Source of the DNA: Paramecium tetraurelia
Lineage: Eukaryota
Direction of reading: 5' to 3'
Assembly: GCA_000165425.1 (NCBI GenBank)
Contig: CT868518.1
Coordinates: forward strand, 62,001-126,000
DNA length: 64,000 nt
Shown: positions 27,851 to 43,300 of the stretch, one piece after another
Layout: each line of letters opens with the position of its first letter
How positions within the stretch are numbered: position 1 is the first letter of the stretch
Program-made: the position numbers and the translations under genes
Notes under the pieces: generated by a model
The model's input: the letters and a program-made list of their open reading frames with translations, nothing else
What the model was told of the DNA's origin: nothing
Database searches by the model: none

Positions 27851-30262
27851 ATGAATTTATGGACATTGACTTTTATAAATCAAGATTTAGAGGAAAAGTA
27901 TTCAAATAAGGAAAAACAAAGAATCATAGTCTTGTTTCGATTATAATACTTAATTCATTTCCTCATTAACTTAATCTATTTTGTCAACAATCAATTTTTT
28001 TTGAAAAATCATTTAGTAGCCTACTTTAGGTTGGCTTTTTGCTTTTGGCACATAATTTGCATGGTATCATAGGCTAATCTAAGAAGAATTCATTATAAAT
28101 CATTTATTGCAATTTCTGAGTTTTTAAGTTGTGTGATAACGATTCTCATAGCCTACGTATATGTATAGGCTTAACTGATTAATAAATAGTGTAGTAGATA
28201 GACTACATCATAAGCGGTCAGTTCAGGAATATAAACTGGAATTATTATCATCAGTTATTTGTTAGTTTGTCCATTATGGTTCATTTAAGGATTGATATTG
28301 ATTGCGGCAACAATTTTATTCATTGGACTGGTGGGGAATCTGGCATCCATATATTGGACTTTTTATGTTCTTTTATTGATGATGCTGATATTCTTCAGGT
28401 TTCTTGAATATTACAAAAGAATAGACTTCTATATGATTTGTTAATAGACTTCGAATTTGCATGCATGTAAGAACATCTTCGACAAAACAGTTCCGAATTC
28501 AATACTAATTTTAACAGAAAATAATGATGATTTACAAGATTCCACAAATTAGTGTAAGGAAATGAAGTTAATATATAGCAATGACTTTGCTATTAAATAC
28601 TTGTAGGTCTCAGATGAAAATGAAATCATAAAAGAGTTAAAAAGCATTTACATATAAACTGAATAGGAATCTATGTAGGACACTTATAATTCATATTTGA
28701 GTATTTATGATGTTTTATATTAAGGGATGGGGCAATTTGAAGAATAATTTAATTAGTAATTTAAGACAAATAGTACTTCTGTGATATAGAATGAATACGA
28801 TATATCAGAGTTTAGTGACTATTTTTTATGTTTTAGATTTGATTCTTAATGTAAAGTAGCAATATCTTAGAAATAATAATTAAAAATAAAATCCCACTTT
28901 GAAATCAGAGTTTTGCATTGTATTTGGGAAAACAAGCATTCAATATTAGTTATTATGAATGACATATCCGAAAAGATTAGATTGAAGCATTTAAAAGAAT
29001 TAGATCAATATAAGGATAGATTATTGGCTACAGTCTCTCATGATTTGAAAACTCCATTGAATGGAATGATGATTGGCATAAACATTATGCAAAATATCTT
29101 GTAACATCCATCAAGCATTACAATTAGTAATATTAAATAACTTTGTGCTCATCTTGACGAATTTAATCAATCTGGTTAATTGTTACTTTCGATGATAAAT
29201 GATTTACTTGATTATAGCCAAATTAATAAAGGTTACCTGAGATTAATTCCAAAAGCATTTAATTTGAATAATACATTTAAATTCATCAATTCATTATTAC
29301 TTAGATAATCTAATGAAAAGGGTGTCTAATTAATCTGGAACAATTAAATAGATCCTACTTAGTCTGATTTATTTACTGATGAAAACAGACTAAAATAAGT
29401 TTTGATTAATTTAGTTGCTAACGCCATTAAATTCACAATGTAAGGGGAGATTATAGTAACGGCAATTTAACCAATTGAATAGGATGTTATTGAAATTTCA
29501 GTTTCTGATACGGGATACGGGATACCCGAGGATATATAAAAAAATCTCTTTAGATTATATAGTACATTCGACATAGGAAATAACAATAGACATGGAGTTG
29601 GATTAGGGCTGACTATTAGTTAATAACTTGTATCTTTATTAGGACCTAATGATAAAATTGAGTTAAAATCTTAAGTAGGCAAAGGTTCTACTTTTAAATT
29701 CATTATTTTTAGAAGATTGCAGCAGTCCTTAGAAAACTCAATGCAGGAATAAGATTAAGATGAAAAATAAATTATTCCAATATTTCCTTCTGTTAAAAAT
29801 TAAACAATATTTAGTAAAAAACGGAAAAATCAATCAAAGAAGGCACAAACTTACTATAAATTAGAAACAATTCCTGATGAGTGTTTGAAAGTCTTGATTG
29901 TTGATGATACTCCTTTTAATATAATTGCTTTGAGTGCTATGCTTAATTAAGTGATTTATAATTGTAAGCTATATAAAGCTTTTAATGGAAAATAAGCATT
30001 TGATCTATATTCGAAAGAGAAGATGAGTGTCATTTTTATGGATGTAAATATGCCAGAAATGGATGGGTATTAATGTACATAAGAAATAAGGAAATATGAA
30101 CAAATGTACAAATTAACTTAATCTCTAATTATAATTGTTACTGCTTTCTCAGGATCTGATGATAAAATTAAATCCTAAAAATGTGGAGCTAATGATCATT
30201 TAGACAAACCTTTAAATATGGAGGACTTAAAGTAAGCCATGAAAAAATTCAGAATAATTTGA
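27851..30262 (+). CDS. Membrane-bound hybrid sensor histidine kinase (TM-HisKA-HATPase-REC), 803 aa
   Basis: ATVSHDLKTPLNG, RLKQVLINLVANAIKFT, DTGYGI, GVGLGL, GKGSTF; receiver LIVDD..FMDVNMPEMDG..KP; intronless. Confidence 0.93.
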
Positions 30263-30815
30263 TAATAATTTATGCTATATTTTATAACATTCTATAATAA
30301 ATAAGAAATCTACCTTCTCCTATTGTTTAAGGATATTTCAAGGATGACAAACCACTTAATTAAAATTTCTCATTTATCGCTTTTATTTTTGAAAAATATC
30401 TAATTATCAAGTGATGTCTGGTCATTCTCAATAGAATCAAAAGTAAATTTAATAATTTTATACTTATAATAATTTTAATTTTAATTGATATTGACTCAAG
30501 TTTGCTGATGGGTTGAATTATGTATCTTTATTAATTAGTCTGTTATTTTGTAAATAAAAAATTGATAGATTATATTACAAATAGCATTTTTTATAAGAAA
30601 TTCATTTTTCACATATCATTATAAAACATGAATTTTAAGTAGTTTTTATGTTGAACTAAAGAAATTAAGTAACTAATTTACACATTATAATAATTTAAAA
30701 TTTGAAGTGAATTTATTTTTGAATAAAGATTGTAATTGTTTAATATTTAAAATAAAAGGTAGGATATAATTTCTAATGGAGGGTTCGGAGCTTTTTAAAG
30801 TACTAATTAAATTTA

Positions 30816-31424
30816 ATGACAAATGATCAAACGTGCAATGGATTTAATGTATTTTTCCACCAATAGTTCTTTAATGCTGGGACAGCTAATTCAAAAAAGA
30901 ATTTAGAGCACACTGAAAAAATAATAGAATAATGGAAAAAGTTATCAGACGAAGACAAAATGGAATGGTAATAAAAAGAGGAAGAATTAAAGATATAAGT
31001 TAAGAGTAAAAACAATTAAAAGACAAGTTAAAGCTAAGGGCAACTTGAAAATCAAAACCGCCAAAAATCAAAAGCAAATAACAAAGATTAAAATGCTATT
31101 GAAGATATATAGAATAGCATTTAATCATTGAAATTTGAAGATGCTAAACAAAACTATATCAAAAGAATATCTGAGAAAAATAGCCAAAAAGAAGTTAATG
31201 ATTCAGATGGTGATTAAAATGTTGAACCTGAATAAAAACCACAATAATAAAAACAAAGTAAAAAAAACACATAAAGAAAGAAATAAATTGATGATGACGA
31301 TGATGATTATGTTGAAGAAATAAAATAAGGAAGAAAATCAAATGTTAGATAATCAAAACCAAGATAAAGTAGATCTAGGTGTAAGTCAGGTTAGAGATCA
31401 GGATGTGGAAAAAGAAGGATGTGA
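30816..31424 (+). CDS. HMG-box-like protein with acidic/basic tail (202 aa)
   Basis: NGFNVFF...IIEQWKKLSDEDKMEWQQK; DDDDDD tract and R/S-rich end. Confidence 0.7.
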
Positions 31425-31683
31425 ATTACATAAACGTCATTAAATTTTTTTTAAGATTATAACTCATCTTTTACTTACAGTTTATTATTCTATGAATTAT
31501 TTAGATTCATTTATAATTATTATTTGATTTTATCAATGATAATTAATATAAAATAGAATAGAATATTATTAAATAAAGAATTCTAACCAATTTATGATGA
31601 TATATTTGTTAAATACTAAAATTAAAGTGGAGAATAGAATTGAAAGTGCATAATTTAGATGTATTATAAAATATACACAACTA

Positions 31684-32459
31684 TCAACAATTACATTATT
31701 ATTATTATATTCTATCTTCTTATTTGGGTTTAGGTCTTAACCATAAATTAATATTTTCTTTTGGTTCATTTTGAGTCTCGTAAGATTCTTTCTTATCAAA
31801 ATCTAATTTAGTTATATTCTTAAAATAATAAAAGGAATCCATACTTTTTTTTAATTTCTTTTTAATTTTTTTTCTTCTACTTCCAAGTTTTTCTTAATTA
31901 TTAGTAACCTTGAAAGCTCTTCAAATGCTTAATTGACACCAAGTGATGTTTTAGCACTTGCTTCTTTGAATAACATAAGTTTCTCTTTTGCATAAACTTG
32001 AGCCCTCTCTGTTGAAACAGTTTTATTGGGTAAATCACTTTTATTTCCAATCAAAAGAATGGTTGTATTCCTGCCTGCATGCTTGTATATTTCGTCTAAC
32101 CAAGATTTTTCAATTTCCTCAAATGATTATAAGCAAGTAGTATCATATACAAGTACAATGCTATAGCTTAGAAAATATTGGAGTACGCATCAGCTCCTTT
32201 ATAATATGAATTTGTAATCGTTCTAAACCTTTCTTAACCAGCAGTATCCCAAATCTATAACTTTAAGCCTTTGCCATCTAATTGAAAGGTTTTAAATCTA
32301 GTTTAATATTTGAATTAACTTAAAGTCAACTCCAATAGTGGAGATATAATTTTCACTAAATTTATCATCAGCGTATCTTATAAGTAGAGATGACTTACCA
32401 ACTCCACTATTTCCAATAATAACAAGTTTAAACAAATGGTCATAACCTCTGTTATTCAT
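31684..32459 (-). CDS. Rab1-like small GTPase
   Basis: [38 protein letters not shown]-terminal CNC prenylation motif. Confidence 0.92.
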
Positions 32460-32498
32460 TAATTATTAATTAATAATACTTTTATTATATATAACCAT

Positions 32499-33759
<1,261 letters not shown>

Positions 33760-33855
33760 TCTTATTTAAAATTATATAATGATTTTATGATTATTTTTTT
33801 ATTGTGATATTTCTATTTTGCTATAGAAAAAATTATAAAACATTTAAGATGAATT

Positions 33856-34789
33856 ATGGATACTTATGATGCAATAAAATTACCTTTAAGAGAATTAGCA
33901 GCATTAGTGATGACAAAAGAATATAAGGTTTTGAGGTAAATTTAGAATGAATTTGATATAGAATGCCCAAATTATGTTGAGATCCTAAAACATACCAATG
34001 ACTTTTATTGTTAAATTCCACATTATTTCTAATAAAATAAAGTTCCATATAATTAGATAGTATACAAAATTTTAGAGGAAAGCAAAAACGATTCAAATTA
34101 AATTGATGAAACCTTTAAAAAACTCAATATAGATATATAATAATTAGAGCATAATAGTGAAAAAGTTAAAATTAATTAAATGTTCATACAAAATACATAA
34201 GGTTATTCTTGTAAATTGGAAGTTGAACATGTCTTTGAGCTAACAAAAGAATAAGATGATAAGAGATTCAAGCAAGATTTTGGAAATAGAATGCTCCTGT
34301 ATCTTGGATCACCATCAATTAACTTTGCAGGTATATAGGCTCAAGGATTAAAAATAGCAGCACTTGAAGCTCCAGTCACAGCACATAGATTTGGAAAAGT
34401 AAGCTATTTAATTATATTTTTTAGGGGATTTATTTTACTGATGTTGTTGAAAAAGCAGCAAGTTATGTTGCACAGATTTTCAAAAAAATTATATATTTAT
34501 TCTACTTTGCGATGTGGCATAGGGTAATCCAGGTATCAAATTCGATTATGATTGTTATGGAGGTAATCTCCCTAAAGAGACTCATAGCACTTTGGGTAAA
34601 GCTAGATGCTACCCTGCCGAATAATCTTATGTTAATATGCCTTGATTGCCTAATGTAAAAGTTCCAATTGGTAAGCCTGAACCTTGAGAATTTCAGGATA
34701 CATCCATGTTAAAGTGCTATGAATTTATAATTTATGATGATGCTTAAGTCAGGTTAAAGTATTTAGTCAAATTGAAGTGGAAATATTGA
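33856..34789 (+). pseudogene. PARP1/2-like regulatory + catalytic domain pseudogene
   Basis: FYCQIPH, NRMLLYLGS (canonical WHGS), GLKIA..APVT..FGKGIYF, EFIIYDDAQVRLKYLV; frameshift near 34466 and in-frame TGA at 34643 and 34685. Confidence 0.8.
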
Positions 34790-35019
34790 CTACTTTAACA
34801 TTATTTAAATAAGGTTATAATTTTTTTATTTATAAATACATTTCACATATTAAATTACCAAAAGATTATCGCATAAGTTAAAGCTTAAATACATCTATTA
34901 AAGTATAAATGATAAGATAAGGTGAATAGTTAAACGATTTTAGAGTTATTAAAATTATTTTTTATTATATCCAATATCACATTCTATCAAAGAATATTAA
35001 TATCTACCTAAAACCAACA

Positions 35020-35415
35020 ATGAATTAGTTAGCCCATCTAAATGTCTCATACAATCAAGATAATAAGAATTAATATCGTGAATAGAAATTTTTAGAAATA
35101 TAAAATAGAGAATTAATTTAATAGGACCAAAACAACTAAAAAAGAAAATTTCATTTAAGAATAAGCCAAAACAAATTTTCTAATTACCTCATTAAATAAT
35201 TATAAACAATAATTAAATGGAGTTTTTAGGATATATGTCACTTTCTAAAGAATAATTCAAATTCTGTAATAAAGCCAAAGTAAACTTTAAAAAATATTTT
35301 ACTGTTGTAGCTATAGGCCATTGGTTGCTAAATATTATATCAAGATTTGAATTAGAATCATTTGAATATCCAATTAATGTGTATTTAAATTTGTCAAATA
35401 AAAACAAGAGATTGA
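35020..35415 (+). CDS. Hypothetical protein (131 aa)
   Basis: Open ATG..TGA frame only; no motif recognised. Confidence 0.35.
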
Positions 35416-35461
35416 TATATTTAATTAATTAACACACGTATAATAATTTAATTAAAAAATT

Positions 35462-35711
35462 ATGAGTTAGGAAACATTGAATGGAATAAATGGAATTCTA
35501 ACAGACGTCCAAAGTTTTGGACAAGAAAGTTACAGATTCATAAGAAAATGCACTAAACCAGATAAAAGAGGTAACTGATTGATCTAAAATCATAGAATAC
35601 ATAAAAATTGCAACATCATGTGCAATTGGTTTTGCAGTTATGGGGGCAGTGGGTTATTTCATAAAATTAGTATTCATCCCTATTAATAACATCATCCTCA
35701 GCGCAAATTGA
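35462..35711 (+). CDS. SEC61G: Sec61 translocon gamma subunit
   Basis: [44 protein letters not shown]; one 25-nt intron. Confidence 0.95.
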
Positions 35712-35768
35712 TTTATTTTGTTTATTTAACATAATAATATAGGAATTGTGTTTATATTTTAATATTAT

Positions 35769-38111
35769 TCATTTAGACAATTATTTGTAGTTCTTCTTCT
35801 CTTGCATTCTTAATTCATGTGGGGACATGCCAATCTTTAATTTCAGATCTCGAAATGTTGAATCCACAAAATATTAAGGATATCTCCTTATATATTTACT
35901 TTATTCTTTAGTAAGTTTCGATTCACACTTGAAACAATAGAATAGCAATCTTTGAGCCTCTTCAATACTCCCTTGAAATCCCAAGCAACTTAGATGATAC
36001 CAATCATAGCATGTTTCACATTCTAATATGATCAATAAAATATACGCATCATTTCTTCATTTTCATTGTGTTACTTGCAAATACAATATTACAGACTAAT
36101 AGCTTCTTTTGGAATTTTAATCTTCAGTGAAATCTTATTTGTACCATTTAACTTTTATTATTTTTTATGACGTTTAAATATCTTTGGTCTTGAATATATG
36201 GAATGCCTCTTCCTATTTGGTAGTTCTTATTGAGTAGTCATTTATAATTGAGAAATTATATTTGATATCTTCTTCTTCTTTCTCATCCTAATTGCTCTTT
36301 GATAGAGAACATAGACTTATTCTGGGGTGTACTTCTCATTAGCTAATTATTGCCAAATTCTATCATTTTCTTCTAAATCATAAACGGATAATCTTTTGTA
36401 AGGATATTAAATATTAGTAACTTAGTTGTTTTCTAAAGTAATAATGAATTTTTCATCTCTTTCCATTATATCAGTAATTTATTGAAATATTTATTGATTT
36501 TCTAATTTAATATCCGCTTCTATTTCTTCTTGCTGAACTTTGATTTCAAATTTTTAGAATTCTAAATCATTGTTTTTTGGTTTATGAATCAAGTATTATT
36601 CTAATTTTTCATATTGCTTAAAAAAATAGTAAATTTCTTCTTTCCATAGGTTGTGTTAATCTTCAAAAATTCTTTTAATTTTAAGTGGTTGATGCTTGAA
36701 ACAAAAGATTTCATCAGATTCCATATAAAATTGAGACCTCCTTGCACATTCAGGATGAAAAGCAATACCACATTTTGATTTGGTACACAAAAGGCAGGCT
36801 CCATTTTTTTTGGTTTTGCAAATGCTGCACAAATAGTTAAACTTTTTCTTATCAATGTTACGTAAATCAAAATCAAGCCAAAGCATGCATGAAACATGAG
36901 CCCATATTTTTTCAGATTTTGGTGGTTCTCCCATCAAAGTATCCAAAGAATACTATAAGACCATAAAATTATATGTTTCCTCTCCATCAGGTGGTGGTTC
37001 TAAATATTTATCTATTTTTCTTACTTTATCTATCAATTTTATAATTCATAGCATAAGTATGATAGCTAGGATTAGATTATTCAAATATTGAATCCTTCAT
37101 TGCCAATGTTGTCTCTCTCATGGCACCTCCTAACTTTGGACACAATGGACATTTCAAAAATTTGCCTTAGCTTCCAAAATTCAAACACAAATCACAAACC
37201 CAAGCATTTATGACATTCTCAAGTCCATAGCACTTCTAATGAACTTTTATTTGACACTTCTAACAAGTCAATAAAGATTCAAGTGATCTTGCTCCTTAAT
37301 TACAAATTTAACAATTATTATAGACATTTTATAACTTTCTAGCTGTGCCCGCTAAATTAGATTGTTTAGATTAATTAATTATCTATTCATCATATATTCT
37401 ATTAATAGATTAATGCATAATACTTTTATTGACTTTCTAGAAATGTTAGATATTGATTTTCAACATCTGTCAATCCAACTAGATCTTTCAAAATAAAATC
37501 AGGCTAATTTTATATGTCCAGAATCGGCTTTTCTATTTAAATTGCATCAATCTGCTATCGTAATTCTTTCCTGGTTTCAAGCAAGTGCTCCTCAATTATA
37601 GTTTATAATGATTCCAAATCATTTTTGGGTGATAATTCTTTTAACCATCTATCTTAGATTAAAGTTTACTATTTTTCTCATTTCCAAAATGAACCAATCG
37701 TCGAAATATGTGTATGGACGAGACTCCTTATCCTTTTAATCAAGTGTGATTTCCTCTTCTATGCTATTATTTAAATTAGTTGGATTACTTAATTCTTTTA
37801 GGATCTACATCTTTTTAGAAGTATTGAGAACAAATGATAAACCAAAAGGTGATTGGAGTAAAGTGCTTAATAGGAGTAATTTTTGTATATGGTTCCACCC
37901 AATTAATATCATTTAATCTTTAAACAATTTCAAACAACTATCGATAAGCTTTCCCATTGCTTTTTGGAGTTTAGAGTTAAGGCCTTAAATCTTCTTCCTA
38001 AACAATTGAGTCTAAAACATATTGGCCTTCCTTTTAATTTTCGTTTTGCACTTCATTAAAGAAGGAGAGCATAAATTCTTCTATATTTTCAAAGCTGTTA
38101 TCTAGAGACAT
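35769..38111 (-). CDS. PZP (PHD-Zn knuckle-ePHD) protein, BRPF/JADE/NTO1-like, with extra C-terminal PHD
   Basis: CQIC..CQKC..VHQKCYG..WVCDLC; CPLCPKLGGAM; WAHVSCMLW; CSIC..GACLLC..C..AFHPECAR..FCFKH; CETCYDWYHLSC. Confidence 0.85.
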
Positions 38112-38486
38112 TTTAAATTAAAAAAATAAATATCTTTATTTTCAATCCATTTTATACTATATAATACTGCCATTTATCTAATGCAATACTTTGCTGGTCT
38201 GATAGGAATAGATTTAAATAATAGAAATGCTCTCGAAAAGATTCAGCAAATTTTCATTTTACAAGTATTGATACCAATGAAATTCTATATTTAACTAAAA
38301 ATGAATATGTATAATTTTGATAGATATTCCCTTCAAATGAAATATATATAGATTTCAATTGATAAACGTTGAATTCTTTAAATTTAAATATAAATATTTA
38401 TAAATAACAAACTCTAATATTTTATATCATATACATTTCTGCGTTGATTATTTGTAATATATATAAAAACACTGATTAGATTTCAT

Positions 38487-40104
38487 TCATCTTGTTTGTA
38501 TATCCATATTGTAATCTGGTATTTTGATTTCTTCAAGTTATGCCTTTTCTTGATCAAATTGTTAATTCCCCTGAATTATATAAACTCTAGACTTAATAAG
38601 GTTTTCGTCTGGATGAGTAGAAGTCTCCATTTTAGGATACATTAAGTCTGAATTTTTTCATTATAATTACTCCTTTTTATACTTATCTCTGCACATTAGA
38701 TAATTTAAATAAATATCTGTCACATTGGTGTCAATATAAAGTATGAAATTTAAGAGTAAATAATTATACAACTCATATAAATTAAGAGTATCCAAACAAT
38801 CTGCATTAATAAAATCATAAAAGTGATTTATTATAAATTGTTAATAACCTAAATCTACTGCCAAAATGATAGTGCATAGTATTACTCCAATCATTTTTGT
38901 ACCCAACCAAAATCCAAAAAGATTTTTGAAATGAAAACCCTTTCGATTTAATTAGTCAAATTTAAAATTACACCCTACTAAGAAAAAGGGTTGAAATAAT
39001 GGGAATCAAAATCCAAATACACCTGCCTATATTCTTACTATCACCTATGCAGCCAATTAGATGTCCATTACATTATCTTTTAAGTAACTATTCAAATTAT
39101 ATATAAAGTCTAAATCTTGAAATTTACACTATCGAAATTTAGTCAATCATATATAGAATAAATTCACATCTAGATGATTTTAAATAAAACGATTACTTCT
39201 TTATTAATTATAAGTTTGTCCAAATAGATTAGTGTATTAATTTAAAACTTTATTCACTTACAGTAATTAGGTAGCATTTATAGTCATTCATGTTATCAAG
39301 ATAATAAAAATTAGATATTTTGCAACAGAAAAACAAATAGAATCTAGTTACTAAATAACAAATTAGAATACTATATCCAATAGTAAAATGTGTAATTTGG
39401 CATTTATTCCGACTCAACTCTTTAATAGTTATAATAGAGACCGGAATCTCCAATTGATCAGCCATAGCCATTGGAATCATATTGAAATGACTAATTGGAC
39501 AATAAGATGCTATTGGCACATTCAAATATTATCTAAATTCTCCATATTTTAATATGATGAGTATGTTTGCATCGCTATAAACGGACTCTTTTTGCGCAGA
39601 TTTGGAATCCTTCAGATAATATAGACAATGATTACCTCTTTCAACACTTTATTGAAGAAATGGCCAATAAATAAATTATTACTTCTCCATCTGCTCTATT
39701 GGATTATAGGTCTCTGCTACTCTTGATGTGTTGTAACATGAATTGACTACAATCCATATAGTAATAACTAGAATAATGGTAAATTTCATACTTTTTATAT
39801 TTGTAAATACTAGTGCTATTGGATTATGTACAATCACAGACTTTTTCAGTTCCTGGCCATGTGAAATTTAGAATATTTGAAAATCCCTCATCGAAGTTCT
39901 ACTTGATTTGAATGTCTTTGATGAGATAGTTATCCCAATCTGCATAAGATTAGATTGACTTTTATATTTAGAATCTATAATTACTTAAACTTGATTGAAC
40001 ACAGTTACCAGGATGAGTCCAAAACTAATGGAAGTGTAGATTACAACACAACATTGATATCCAGCTAACCAAGATTTTGACTCCTATTTATTGAGATTAA
40101 GCAT
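38487..40104 (-). CDS. Multi-pass membrane protein with Cys-containing extracellular loop
   Basis: N-terminal TM, FTWPGTEKVCDC and YCPIS motifs, C-terminal hydrophobic segments; exon structure only partly resolved. Confidence 0.55.
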
Positions 40105-40345
40105 ATAAAATTAAATTAAAATGATACATCAACTATTCATCTGTTATTTGTAATAGTATCTAAGAGTAGACATAAATAAATGAATTACAAGATTTCGATG
40201 TTCATTACTAACTGTAGTGAATGAAAATATGGAGATGCCAATTTAAGTGCTATTTGTATATATATATATAGAAGCTAAACAAACTTTTTATGAAACTTAT
40301 TTATTCATAAAAGTATTAATTATTAAATTATACATATATATTTAT

Positions 40346-43300
40346 ATGTACAGATACTAGGAAACAGACAGATTGTCTCAACTTTCTCAACCTACTAAAA
40401 GATCGAAAAAGTACACTTAAAACCAATCATTAATGGTGATGTCTAGGTAGTGGTTCGTTTTATAAATAAAGACTGTATGACAATCATTTTAATCGTGATC
40501 TCCACGGGAACCCTTGGATTTCTCTAGGCACGTTCAAATATGAGTATTAATGTATGATTGATTGAGTCTAGCCGTACGATCAAGTATGAGCATTCGGATG
40601 CGGGCTTATCATACAGTAATGTGAAGATAAAGAAGTTACGAACATTTTAAGAACTGTGGGAGAAAAATGAGGAAATTCATAATAAAAGTGAGCAGCATCA
40701 AGGATTTCGAGAATTCAGAGAATTCAGGGATATTTCTGAAGAGGACGTGATCGTAACAATTGAATATTGGTATACGAATATGTTAATGCAGTACAAATTG
40801 TCATGAACACACAGGATCTACCAAGCATGATGAAACACGCTATCTGGCATATGCACAACAACTGAAAAATGAAATATTGAAGAGATTTCCAATTGTCAAG
40901 GTCATCTTGAAGCCTCTTCTCTACGACCATCTTGATCATAGTATCGACACAATGTTTCTACAGAGAAGATTAGGTATGCACATCCCCTTCATTAATTAAA
41001 GGTTGCTTCGAAGTCTAAGTGGTGTCCAAATAGAAGGGACAGTTGAAGTTTGCTGTAATAGGATCGAAATTGAATTCAAAAGCTTGGCCCTAAATACCCA
41101 GCATAATTAACAAATTACCATAATATTTTAAGAAGGTTTCATTCAATATAGACTTGAAATATGCTGATTCTGATCAGAAAATCAAAAACACCGATGTCAG
41201 AATCCAACCCTACCGTCCCACACAACAGAGAACTCAAAGCCTGATGTGTATCTAATATCATTAAATATTGAGTCACTTCCAGAACCAACAAAATCCTCAG
41301 ACCTCAAAGTAGTCAAAGCAGACCGAAATCATCGTATTCCAATCTTTCTGGACAAACTCAAAAGACCGTCAAAGATCATGAAGAGACATCATACAAGATT
41401 GAAAGAACTAACTAGGATGGCAGAATCACTTTGACTAATGTGCCCTTGGATGTGTATGAAGTTATAATTGAAGAAACTAATGACTTCTTAAGAAAAACAC
41501 ATGTATTTCAAATTAATATCGCTTGCTTAGCTCATTAATCTATTTTAATTAATTAGTGACGATCTAACTCTTGATTAAATTATTCCATTATGCAAATAAA
41601 CACACTCATGCATTGTTGTTGCTGTTACTTGTGAGATGGCTCCAATAACAGAGTGCAGAGTAGAAATCATCCCATTGAAAGGAGGAAAAGAAGCAGTACT
41701 CAAAGAATCTCCACCTGGAAGTGCCAAGTACGAAATTGTAGTTGAGCCAAACTAATTCTACATTTTCATCAAGAAAATAGGATATCAAGTTTTTAAAGAG
41801 CAAATACAAACCAGTCCTGGAGTTTGTGAATACACTTACACTATAGAAAAAGTCAACCAACCAGAAGAAGGCTATGATCCTGTCCAAGATGCTTTAGACA
41901 AAAAGAATTAAATCAAGCCTTCAAATGACTTAAGGATAAGGAAGCCCAAGTATTTGCAACCACCTTCTGGATAACAAAGCGAAATCAACCTAATATAATT
42001 CTCATTTATTGATTTAGTAGAGAAGACACCAGTCCCTAATGTGTACATCAAGGTTGTGGATGAATTGAATAAGAAATTGTACAGTTACAGATCAAATGAG
42101 CATGGAATATGCAAGGCCTTGATACAAAAGAAGAGTATTTTACTTTAAGATTTATTTTAGTTACTAAAGGTAGAATCATAATTACACATCCTTACTATTA
42201 TGATACAAGCAAAGAAATCAATGAGACTTAAACCATAAATTAAAACCCTATTACTTATTATATAATTCAGAAACCACAATAACACTCATTGATTGTCTTA
42301 ATTGTAAATAAACCAAATGAAGAATTCTTGAACTTCTATATCATTTAGGAGAGTAATTTATTATTACTATGAATAGATAAACAAGTGATTTAAGAAGATT
42401 AGGAGATCTAATAGATATAAAATCCAAAAGATGGGATCTAATTGATCAAATTCTTGAATTTGCAAAATAAGAAAGACATCTTACAGTTGGTGGCTTGTTT
42501 ACCTAGATTAAAAATGGATTAGGTCTAAGAGATGTATGTTTTAACTCCAGACAGAATTGAGAAATACAATCTACCTACTCTTTCAGAAGAACAAGGGATG
42601 TTAAATCCTTATTTTTGGATCTTAGGAAGTCTAAAAGAGCCATATGAAACTTTTGATGTTGTGAATTAGATTGTATTTACAAATCAACTAAAAAGCTATC
42701 CAAACTTAACCAAAACTTAATAGGATGTCGAAGTCATATAATGTGCATTTTAGTCACCAAATTTGATTGTAGCTGCTAATTAAAAGAATGGCAGTGTAAG
42801 CATATGGAATTTGGATAATTATCTAATTGATAACACAATAAATAATGTGTTGTCTGATGCTGCTAACTCGATTATTATTTGGGATGATGATAATGTGATG
42901 TTAAGTGATAATAATGGTTAAATAGCCTGGCTAAGGAAAAACGAGGAGTCTCAATTTGCTCTCCTAACAAGTCTCTCCATTAACAGGAAGATCAACACCA
43001 TGTGTAAGGTAGGTTCTGAAGGTTTAGTTTTAGGGAGTGTAGATGGCAAGTTGATCCTATTGAAGGTTGATTAGAGATAGCTCTAAATAATGATAGATTC
43101 TGAGATAGAGGTGGAATCAACACCTTAGACTGTGGAACCGATTAATAAAATAGTCTCCATAACAAATGATTAGATTGCTGCTTTAAGTGATGGGAACAAA
43201 TCAATCTATATTTATAAGGTTGAAAAATCACTTGATAAACCTCTGAGTGCAACTTAACTCAAATCAGTCTAAATTAAAGGGTATCAAAGTTGCGGTAAAC

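Noticed and set aside
34643..34687. In-frame TGA codons as selenocysteine or readthrough in PARP
   Set aside because: Non-catalytic positions, accompanied by a frameshift and loss of the active-site His.
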